Under the pieces are notes generated by a model. It was not told the DNA's origin and ran no database searches. It saw only the letters and a program-made list of their open reading frames with translations. From Patescibacteria group bacterium UBA3531 (GTDB taxonomy: Bacteria > Patescibacteriota > Minisyncoccia > Phycocordibacterales > UBA3531), in the NCBI GenBank assembly GCA_002376885.1, contig DFOW01000005.1, forward strand, positions 1 through 60,771: 60,771 bases of DNA, written 5' to 3'. The stretch's first letter is position 1, and every line of letters begins with the position of its first letter. The translations under genes and the position numbers were made by a program. Positions 9,713 to 16,475 of the stretch are shown here, piece by piece.

Positions 9713-9740
9713 AGTCTATGGTTTTATTAAAAAGAGTCAA
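9713..9740 (-). promoter_or_regulatory. promoter candidate for the 130-aa GC-rich gene, embedded in the 3' flank of the NADAR gene
   Basis: minus-strand TTGACT (9735-9740), 16-nt spacer, TAGACT (9713-9718). Confidence 0.4.
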
Positions 9741-9745
9741 TTGTT

Positions 9746-10186
9746 TCACTTGTTCTCGTCTCGGATCTTCATCCATAGTTTTCCTAAGTGGTTCTCCCCC
9801 TTCCAATCCGGTCCACGTCCCCAAAAAGAATCTCTCGGGGAATCCTCTATGATTTCTTTCTTGTCGGTTCGAGCTAGCTCTTTTTGCACGTATGGATGTT
9901 GTGCAAGTTTTGCTCGAAGAATTTCTTCCATGACATCAATTTTTATATCATCCCAATCTTTTCTAACACTGTCTTTATAGGTAACTGTCGCTAATTTATA
10001 TGCCTCGTGAGAAGACTTGGCATTTTTTACCTCTTCAATTATTTTTTCGTCTTCAAATTTTGCTGTTTGGTAAGCGTGTTCTGATGTCGTCCATAAAACC
10101 CCTCTCCATTCAACCTTAAAAGAGGAGAAGTTTGAAAAAACATACCCTGGTCGTTCGTAAAACAGAACCTTATTCTCTTTTTCCAT
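9746..10186 (-). CDS. NADAR (YbiA/DUF1768) family protein
   Basis: 146 aa; FSNFSSF...WTTSEHAYQTAKF...FWGRG pattern typical of NADAR/YbiA domains; host-like low GC. Confidence 0.75.
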   Translation of the reverse strand: MEKENKVLFYERPGYVFSNFSSFKVEWRGVLWTTSEHAYQTAKFEDEKIIEEVKNAKSSHEAYKLATVTYKDSVRKDWDDIKIDVMEEILRAKLAQHPYVQKELARTDKKEIIEDSPRDSFWGRGPDWKGENHLGKLWMKIRDENK

Positions 10187-10242
10187 TTCCAGAGTATACC
10201 AACCTAGACGAAAAATATCTCGGGGTGGTCAACTGGACGGTA

Positions 10243-10575
10243 TTAGAACTGGGATTCTTCTCCCCTTCTAATCATGTTCCAAATTTTCAGTATAAGTTTA
10301 TCAATGCCAACACCTATAAAGTATATGACTACCGATATTAGAATGACTGCTATCCAATAACCGAAGGCTGGTCCGTCGATAGGAAGCCCGTTCTTATCCC
10401 ACGTTGTGCTAATAAGAAACGAAGAGTTCACACCCAAAATAATAGCAAACGGCAAAACAGGAAAAGGTAATAAAAGACCACAAAGACCCTCTCCACACGT
10501 TACTGTATTCAGTACAAACAACAAATACATAACCACCAATACTGCACCCGTAATACTCCTTGGTATTTTCTTCAT
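10243..10575 (-). CDS. small multi-pass membrane protein
   Basis: 110 aa; three or four hydrophobic segments. Confidence 0.55.
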   Translation of the reverse strand: MKKIPRSITGAVLVVMYLLFVLNTVTCGEGLCGLLLPFPVLPFAIILGVNSSFLISTTWDKNGLPIDGPAFGYWIAVILISVVIYFIGVGIDKLILKIWNMIRRGEESQF

Positions 10576-10643
10576 ACAAAAAATATACCACAGTTCTAAT
10601 CCACTTGAGGGTGTCCTGTGATATGGCTCAAATTAAGGTTGTT

Positions 10644-10681
10644 TTGGCGGGGTGCTCGACAGGGATCGAACCGGCTCTAAA
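10644..10681 (-). pseudogene. orphan tRNA 3'-half-like fragment ending in CCA
   Basis: The minus strand reads GAGCCGGTTCGATCCCTGTCGAGCACCCCGCCA. This gives a T-loop GTTCGATCC, an acceptor-like 3' strand and CCA. The T-stem is not complementary and there is no 5' half. Confidence 0.4.
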
Positions 10682-10755
10682 TGGTGCGGGTAGGGAGAAT
10701 CGAACTCCCGTCGCCTGATTGGAAGTCAGGCGTTTTACCACTAAACTATACCCGC
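10682..10755 (-). tRNA. tRNA-Trp (anticodon CCA), CCA encoded
   Basis: Cloverleaf by eye: acceptor GCGGGTA/TACCCGC, anticodon stem CCTGA/TCAGG with loop CTTCCAA, T arm GGGAG-TTCGATT-CTCCC. Confidence 0.9.
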
Positions 10756-11424
10756 TTATTTTGTGTACACCTCATTCATCCACGCTTCTATTTTCCGTGA
10801 AAAGTATATACCAAATTTTTTATTTCCTTCGCTCCTTACGGTAAGGTGTACTGTCCCATAAGGTAACTTTCCTCGTTTATATACCTTTTTCCCTGTTCTT
10901 TTGTCAATTTGCGTTTTATTGAACTGGGCCTTTGATAAGCTTGTGACCTTTGCCCAGTAATTAACACACGCTTCTATATCGCTATCCGGATACAAATAAA
11001 GTGTTATGGAAAAATTATTTTTTGAAAGTCCACACACTTCCTGGAACCAACGCAGTGCTAACTTGATAACGTCAGGATTTGAATTAACAATACGCACAAT
11101 CCCATGACTTTTTGTCCCCTCACCAATATAGAGCCCCAATCCTAACATAAAAATATCTCTTTTGTTAAGGCTCCCTATTTCCTTTTTTGCTTCACTTTGT
11201 GCTTTTCGTATGGAAGCACGCTTGATCTCATTTTTAACAGTGGCTGACCTAGCACGAGCTTTTCCAATCTTTACAACTGTCTCTTTATTTGGTGTATAGG
11301 GGATTTTTCTAAGCCAGTGACTAAGCGTACTTTTAGAAACACCTACTTCGTCAGCGATAAAACTGTACGAATACCCATTTTGGCGTAACTTTATTGCTCT
11401 TTCTTTTGCTGCTTGCTTACTCAC
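10756..11424 (-). CDS. HTH plus LAGLIDADG-like homing-endonuclease-like protein
   Basis: 222 aa. N-terminal HTH (YSFIADEVGVSKSTLSHWL). LGLGLYIGEGTKS resembles a single LAGLIDADG motif. The stop codon directly abuts the 5' end of tRNA-Trp. Confidence 0.5.
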   Translation of the reverse strand: MSKQAAKERAIKLRQNGYSYSFIADEVGVSKSTLSHWLRKIPYTPNKETVVKIGKARARSATVKNEIKRASIRKAQSEAKKEIGSLNKRDIFMLGLGLYIGEGTKSHGIVRIVNSNPDVIKLALRWFQEVCGLSKNNFSITLYLYPDSDIEACVNYWAKVTSLSKAQFNKTQIDKRTGKKVYKRGKLPYGTVHLTVRSEGNKKFGIYFSRKIEAWMNEVYTK

Positions 11425-11483
11425 ATCTACAGTATATCACATAATATACATATGTTCGTATTTTTATCATCGTCCAGATAACT

Positions 11484-11511
11484 AAAAACCCCGCAAAGTT
11501 GCGGGGTTTTT
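11484..11511. terminator. bidirectional intrinsic terminator
   Basis: AAAAACCCCGC-AAAGTT-GCGGGGTTTTT. Confidence 0.7.
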
Positions 11512-11527
11512 AGTTAGGAGTGTGATA

Positions 11528-11644
11528 CTACTCAGTAGCAGCTTCACCTTCTCCACCTTCAGCTGGTGCAGCTTCTCCTTCTGGAGTAGCTTCACCTTCA
11601 GTTGCTTCTGCACCTTCTGGTGCCATATCTTCTAGTACGATCAT
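11528..11644 (-). CDS. candidate 38-aa acidic micro-ORF (MIVLEDMAPEGAEATEGEATPEGEAAPAEGGEGEAATE)
   Basis: ATG-to-TAG frame with a periodic GAA/GGT-rich repeat. No clear RBS. Similar in style to the micro-ORF at 57905-57991. Confidence 0.25.
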   Translation of the reverse strand: MIVLEDMAPEGAEATEGEATPEGEAAPAEGGEGEAATE

Positions 11645-11714
11645 TGTAAATTCAATGTAAGTCGATTGATAAGTTACGACCGAGTAAACAAAAAGCCCTT
11701 TCAGGCTTAGAGGT

Positions 11715-11742
11715 ATTGTAGCCTATCAGGACTTTTTGTCAA
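11715..11742 (-). promoter_or_regulatory. strong sigma70-like promoter (TTGACA-N16-TACAAT) followed at once by a hairpin plus T-run
   Basis: Minus-strand TTGACA 11737-11742 and TACAAT 11715-11720. The hairpin AAGCC-N6-GGCTT (about 11689-11704) is followed by TTTGTTT. Confidence 0.5.
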
Positions 11743-11804
11743 ACCCGTCAAATAATTTTGTTTACAAAATTAGCTTTGCTATTTGACAGGTTCAATCAGT
11801 TTCT

Positions 11805-13124
11805 TTAACTATTTTGAATAGCGTTCAGTCCGTTTCCGTTTCTGTTTCGTTCTCGTTCTTCACGCAATCCCTTTAATTGTTCGTGCAAGGTTTGCACATA
11901 TACAAAGATAGCAACCAAAAGGACAATCAAAATGGTAAGGATAATCCACCCAAACACCGTGCTTGGGAAGAATCCTCCATTTGAGAGAATGAGTGCTCCT
12001 TGTCCGTTAGCGCGAGCATCGTCAACATCTGCCAAAGTGCCTGCGGTTGTGGTTGCGTTTTCATCTCCATTGTCTCCAAAACCAAAGAGTCGTGCCCAGA
12101 ACCCTCGAGTGTCCTCTTGTGCAGTTGTATCGTTAGAAGATTGAGAGGTGTCGTTTGTGTTTCCGCCTGTATCTGAACCAGAACCTTGATTATTTGAAGC
12201 TGTTCGTGACCCACTTGTTTGAGAAGGCGCGCTTCCTGTATTGTTTGTTCCTTGTGATGACTGATTAGTGTTTGACGTATTAGTGTTAAGAGCAACTGTT
12301 GGAACGCTAAGCGGTTGGTTGAACCCAGTCACTAGTCCCCCATCACTTGTAAATGCCAAGACAGAACCAACGGCTCGTCCACCTGGACCAAGAACTTCGG
12401 CTCGGTAGTAATAAATTGTCCCTGGTGTTAGACCAGTCAGTGTTTCTTGAAAACTAAGACCAAGGAACCCTGCTCCCAAGCCCTTAACTTGGGTTTGTTG
12501 CAAAATGTCAGGGGTGGTTCCCCATCTAAAGTATGCGCTAATGTTTGCGCTCGTATTGGTTTCTGCTTGTCCACGAATAATAACGGTATTGTCGTTAACA
12601 ATCTGCGGAACAAGGGTTACTGCTGTTGGCGCTGGGTATGAAGAGGTAGTGTCGATAATGGTACCAACGTTACTGATAAAGCTTCCGAGCGATTCAGAAA
12701 ACCCATCAATAATCCTAAATCGAATAGTGTCTCCGTATACATATTCTCCGTCAGATTCTTGCGCTACTGCTCGATAGTAATAAAAATCTTCTATATCAAG
12801 ATTAGACAAAAAATGAGAAAGGAAAATTTCATCGTCCCCTATCAAAATAGAGCTGGTTCGTTTACCAAGCGATGACGTCTCTCCCCATTCAAACCATGCG
12901 TTTCCAATGTTTGTTTCATCAGAAAGGTCTGCAATCATTTTAAGTTCTGCGCTCCCTTTATCTTCACCTGATCGATAAAATGATGGTGTAAACGTTACTA
13001 CGTCTCCAAATGGATCGTCGTCATGATCGGCAAGTGCCACTCCTGGCAAAAGGAGAGCAAGCACAAAAAGCCCCACTAAGAGGGTTTCTGCTACTTTTTT
13101 TGCTGTCTGCGCAAAAATATTCAT
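11805..13124 (-). CDS. surface protein with repeated Fn3-like modules, S/T/N/G-rich linker and C-terminal TM anchor
   Basis: Signal peptide from MNIFAQTAKKVAETLLVGLFVLALLLPGVALA (start moved to 13124). Repeated W..T...YYYRA modules. C-terminal TM WIILTILIVLLVAIFVYV. Confidence 0.7.
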   Translation of the reverse strand: MNIFAQTAKKVAETLLVGLFVLALLLPGVALADHDDDPFGDVVTFTPSFYRSGEDKGSAELKMIADLSDETNIGNAWFEWGETSSLGKRTSSILIGDDEIFLSHFLSNLDIEDFYYYRAVAQESDGEYVYGDTIRFRIIDGFSESLGSFISNVGTIIDTTSSYPAPTAVTLVPQIVNDNTVIIRGQAETNTSANISAYFRWGTTPDILQQTQVKGLGAGFLGLSFQETLTGLTPGTIYYYRAEVLGPGGRAVGSVLAFTSDGGLVTGFNQPLSVPTVALNTNTSNTNQSSQGTNNTGSAPSQTSGSRTASNNQGSGSDTGGNTNDTSQSSNDTTAQEDTRGFWARLFGFGDNGDENATTTAGTLADVDDARANGQGALILSNGGFFPSTVFGWIILTILIVLLVAIFVYVQTLHEQLKGLREERERNRNGNGLNAIQNS

Positions 13125-13195
13125 GGTTGGCATTATACAGTACTGACACTTGTTTGTCAATGCTTTCTCTTGATGCCTTTTTTAGTCGGGACGCC

Positions 13196-13268
13196 GGGAT
13201 TCGAACCCGGAATCGCTCGGTCCCAAACCGAGAATGTTAGCCGTTACACCACGTCCCGTCATCATGCT
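13196..13268 (-). tRNA. tRNA-Pro (anticodon TGG)
   Basis: acceptor CGGGACG/CGTCCCG; anticodon stem CTCGG/CCGAG with loop TTTGGGA; T arm CCGGG-TTCGAAT-CCCGG. Confidence 0.9.
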
Positions 13269-13304
13269 TATTAGCCACGCTATAGTAGCACAAAACTCAA
13301 TATT

Positions 13305-13697
13305 TTAAAGCAAAATGTCCTCTAAATGTTCCATCTCATCAACTTCTCCCTCTTTTAAATACACTGCGATTGCATCAACTTGGTAATCTTCGTCCTCTTT
13401 TCCCTCTTCTCTTAGGTAGGTTTGGATAATTCTTCGGAGGCGATCTTTTTTCTGCTTAGTAATATTAAAAAGTGGGTTGTAATCAAAATCCCCCTCTTTC
13501 TTGACAGAGATTGACTTCACCTCAACAAAATGGATCACTCCTTTTTTTGCAGCAATGATGTCAAGCTCTCCCCAGGGTTTTAAATAATTTCTTCCAAGAA
13601 CGGTAAACCCATTCTTCTCCAAGTGTTGTACCGCAATATCTTCCCCCTTGTCTCCTGTTTCTCTATTCTTACTCTTCATATCTTTCACGTGAAACAC
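13305..13697 (-). CDS. yraN: YraN family (UPF0102) endonuclease-like protein
   Basis: 130 aa; GDKGEDIAVQHLEKNGFTVLGRNY...GELDIIA...IHFVEVK pattern. Confidence 0.8.
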   Translation of the reverse strand: MFHVKDMKSKNRETGDKGEDIAVQHLEKNGFTVLGRNYLKPWGELDIIAAKKGVIHFVEVKSISVKKEGDFDYNPLFNITKQKKDRLRRIIQTYLREEGKEDEDYQVDAIAVYLKEGEVDEMEHLEDILL

Positions 13698-13923
13698 TTA
13701 AATCGTTTCTTTGGTAACATTACTGCTGTCTTTTTGGCTTCAAAGACCCTATCTTTAAAATGTCCTTATTTTAAGCCACTTTTCATATGAAACGGACATA
13801 ACGATAGTGTTTGTCTTTGACCTTTATACACATATCCCCAGTTTTATCCCCATTTCTTATTGGACTTTTCCACATAAGAATCCACATTCTGGGGACAAGT
13901 AATGCTCTTAAGGACATTTACTA

Positions 13924-14064
13924 GTGCGGGTAGGGACCTGTCTGCCGACAGGCAGGGAATCGGTCACAGATATTTTGCTCCGCCTGCCTGACGTCAGGCA
14001 GGCAAAATTCCGCGACCCCGCCTCGGTGCTCAGACCAATGGCACACCTCCGGCTTTCGATTCCC
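13924..14064 (-). other. GC-rich structured insert beginning with a duplicated, interrupted tRNA-Gly 3' end (integration-scar-like)
   Basis: GTGCGGGTAGGGA at 13924-13936 repeats 14115-14127. It is followed by a 20-nt hairpin CCTGTCTG-CCGA-CAGGCAGG and then GAATCG (the continuation of the tRNA T-loop). A perfect palindrome GCCTGCCTGAC/GTCAGGCAGGC lies at about 13982-14003. GGGAATCG (13955-13962) pairs with CGATTCCC (14057-14064). Confidence 0.45.
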
Positions 14065-14115
14065 AATACACCTTAAAATTATAGCCCAACACACGGTTGA
14101 GTCATAATTTTCATG

Positions 14116-14186
14116 TGCGGGTAGGGAGAATCGAACTCCCGACTCGTCCTTGGCAAGGACGTGTTATACCACTTAACCATACCCGC
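14116..14186 (-). tRNA. tRNA-Gly (anticodon GCC)
   Basis: Acceptor GCGGGTA/TACCCGC; anticodon stem CGTCC/GGACG with loop TTGCCAA. The T arm is identical to that of tRNA-Trp. Confidence 0.9.
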
Positions 14187-14199
14187 TGTGTGCTATATC

Positions 14200-14298
14200 G
14201 GGACTCGGCCACTCTCGCAGAATAGCTATTCTGCTCCATCGGCCCCCACTCGAGCCTTCGTGCTGCGCACGGCTTTGCAGGCTCTCGGTTCGAGTCCC
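14200..14298. ncRNA. candidate about 100-nt GC-rich structured RNA between tRNA-Gly and tRNA-Arg
   Basis: Closing stem GGGACTCG (14200-14207) with CGAGTCCC (14291-14298). Hairpins: GCAGAATA-GC-TATTCTGC 14217-14234, and GAGCCT...AGGCTC 14253-14284 enclosing CGTGC-TGC-GCACG. Contains a T-loop-like GGTTCGAGTCC but no cloverleaf. Confidence 0.35.
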
Positions 14299-14357
14299 CC
14301 TAAAAGCATTAAAATAATATTTCAAGGACACTTCTTGCCCTCGAAATTTATTTTAGG

Positions 14358-14429
14358 TGCTCCCGGAGGGACTCGAACCCCCAACGACGGTTCCGAAGAC
14401 CGTTGTGATATCCATTTCACCACGGGAGC
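14358..14429 (-). tRNA. tRNA-Arg (anticodon TCG)
   Basis: acceptor GCTCCCG/CGGGAGC; anticodon stem ACGGT/ACCGT with loop CTTCGGA; T arm GGGGG-TTCGAGT-CCCTC. Confidence 0.88.
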
Positions 14430-14501
14430 ATGTTCACAGAACCCCTTAACTGTAGTACAAAACTAGGAATTTGGCAAAATGTGGGTTAAAATCAACGTAT
14501 T

Positions 14502-15971
14502 ATGGATGACAAGGCCATTCCACAAGAAGTGAAAGAAACCGTAAAAACCCTCGAAAACAAGGGTTTTTTGGCCTATGTAGTAGGTGGATCAGTTCGGGAC
14601 ATTCTCCGTGGTAAAACCCCCAAAGATTGGGATATTACCACTAACGCAAAGCCAGAAGATATCGAGGCTTCTTTTCCAAAAACCTTCTACAACAATTCAT
14701 TTGGAACCGTAACGGTAGTCCACGAAGAAGCAAAGGATCCAAGCGTAAAAGAGATCCAAATCACCCCATTCCGAGTCGAATCTAAGTATTCCGACAAGCG
14801 CCATCCCGACAAAATCACCTTCAGCGACAATGTCGAAGACGACCTAAAACGACGAGACTTTACCATGAACGCCATCGCCCTTGATATTTCTAAAGGACAT
14901 TTTATTGACCTTTATAAAGGACAAGAAGATATTAAAGAGGGAGTCATTAAGGCAGTAGGGGACGCAAAAGAACGCCTCTCTGAAGACGCTCTTCGTATTA
15001 TGAGAGCCGTACGGTTAGCGGGCGAACTTGGTTTCACGATTAACATTGATCTTGTAGGAGCTATAAAAGAGCTTGCTCCAAGCTTGAACGATATTGCCAT
15101 GGAGCGCATTCAAGACGAATTCAGCAAGATTGTTATGTCAGACAACCCAAAGGAGGCTTTTGAACTTATGCATAAACTAGGGATCCTCGAGGTGATTGTT
15201 CCAGAGCTCCTTGAGGGGGTAGGAATTGGCCAAAACCAGGCCCATTCGTACGAAGTGTTTGAGCATAATCTTAGATGTCTCCAACACGCAGCAAACAGAA
15301 AGTTTCCGTTTCACGTGAGACTTGCGGCTCTCTTTCATGATGTTGCTAAGCCCGCTACCAGAAAATGGGGGGAGAAAAATAAAGACTGGACGTTCTATGG
15401 CCACGACGTAGTGGGAGGCCGAATGACTAAAAAGATCCTTACCCGCATGAAGTTTTCACGTGAAACGACAGAATTGGTAACTAAGCTAGTTCGATATCAC
15501 CTCTTTTTCTCAGACCCTGATGTAGTAACTATGTCCGCTGTCAGACGACTCGTACGCAATATGGGCAAGGACCATATTTGGGACCTTATGAACGTACGTG
15601 CTTGTGACAGAATTGGAACCGGGCGCCCTAAGGAGGCTCCCTACAGGCTAAGGAAATATGAATCCATGATTGAACAAGCGCTTGCTGATCCTATTTCAGT
15701 TGGAATGCTTAAAATGGATGGAGAAACTATTATGAAAACTACCGATACAAAACCAGGGCCCCGTATTGGATGGATCTTACACGCACTTCTTGAGGAAGTT
15801 TTGGAGGATCCAAAAAAGAATACCGAAGAGTACTTGGGTTCACGTGTAACCGAACTCAATACGCTCTCTGATGAAGAATTAAAATCACTAGGGGAAAAAG
15901 GAAAGGAGAAGAAAGAAGAAAAAGAGGAAGAACAAGTAGAGGAAATCAGAAAAAAGCACTGGGTAAAATAG
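14502..15971 (+). CDS. cca: CCA-adding enzyme / tRNA nucleotidyltransferase with HD domain
   Basis: 489 aa; GGSVRDILRG...DWDITT nucleotidyltransferase motif; HD region (LFHDVAKP); K/E-rich tail. Confidence 0.88.
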   Translation: MDDKAIPQEVKETVKTLENKGFLAYVVGGSVRDILRGKTPKDWDITTNAKPEDIEASFPKTFYNNSFGTVTVVHEEAKDPSVKEIQITPFRVESKYSDKRHPDKITFSDNVEDDLKRRDFTMNAIALDISKGHFIDLYKGQEDIKEGVIKAVGDAKERLSEDALRIMRAVRLAGELGFTINIDLVGAIKELAPSLNDIAMERIQDEFSKIVMSDNPKEAFELMHKLGILEVIVPELLEGVGIGQNQAHSYEVFEHNLRCLQHAANRKFPFHVRLAALFHDVAKPATRKWGEKNKDWTFYGHDVVGGRMTKKILTRMKFSRETTELVTKLVRYHLFFSDPDVVTMSAVRRLVRNMGKDHIWDLMNVRACDRIGTGRPKEAPYRLRKYESMIEQALADPISVGMLKMDGETIMKTTDTKPGPRIGWILHALLEEVLEDPKKNTEEYLGSRVTELNTLSDEELKSLGEKGKEKKEEKEEEQVEEIRKKHWVK

Positions 15972-15996
15972 CCCTTAGAGGCAGTCAAAAACGAAG

Positions 15997-16024
15997 AAAA
16001 CCGCTCGGTTGAGCGGTTTTTTTT
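15997..16024 (+). terminator. intrinsic terminator after cca
   Basis: AAAACCGCTC-GGTT-GAGCGGTTTT then TTTT. Confidence 0.8.
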
Positions 16025-16036
16025 GTATTGACGACA

Positions 16037-16143
16037 GGGGGAGAGCGGACCAGGTTCCGGATCGTTGATGCTATTTTAGGTCGCCCACAAGGGGTAACCC
16101 TCTATTAGAGTATCCTCGACTGGAATCTGCCGCTCCCACCCCC
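16037..16143. ncRNA. candidate about 107-nt GC-rich structured RNA
   Basis: GGGGGAGAGCGG (16037-16048) pairs with CCGCTC..CCCCC (16130-16143). The segment lies in a 450-bp non-coding gap between cca and the xer gene. It has no credible ORF. Confidence 0.3.
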
Positions 16144-16475
16144 GCGCCAACTGCACGAGAGGCGTAACGTCCCGTGTGAACCTTCTGTCTTTATAATATT
16201 CAAAATGTCCTTTATGTCAAATCAGTTGTGTAGAAACAAATAGACCCCGCCTTTTCCTCGTAGGGTTTGGCAGGGCCTGGGGGAGCAGGTGAGAAGGTGC
16301 GGGCTTAGGTTGCTTTTTAAAAAAGTGGGTGAGGCAACGCTACCGTATTCTTTTCATCTGCTTCTTCGCTCGATGTGGAGTATACCGAGCATGAAGAACT
16401 GTGTCCGATATAAGTATAGCAATCTAAAAGACATGCACAAAATATTCTTGTGGATAAGTGTCTTTTAGATGTCCT

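Noticed and set aside
14200-14298. Calling this element a tRNA because of GGTTCGAGTCC
   Set aside because: The flanking bases cannot form a T-stem (CTCGG versus CCCCC). No acceptor, anticodon or D arms can be drawn on either strand.
14161-14466. 101-aa ORF over the tRNA cluster
   Set aside because: It overlaps tRNA-Gly and tRNA-Arg on the opposite strand, so it is spurious.
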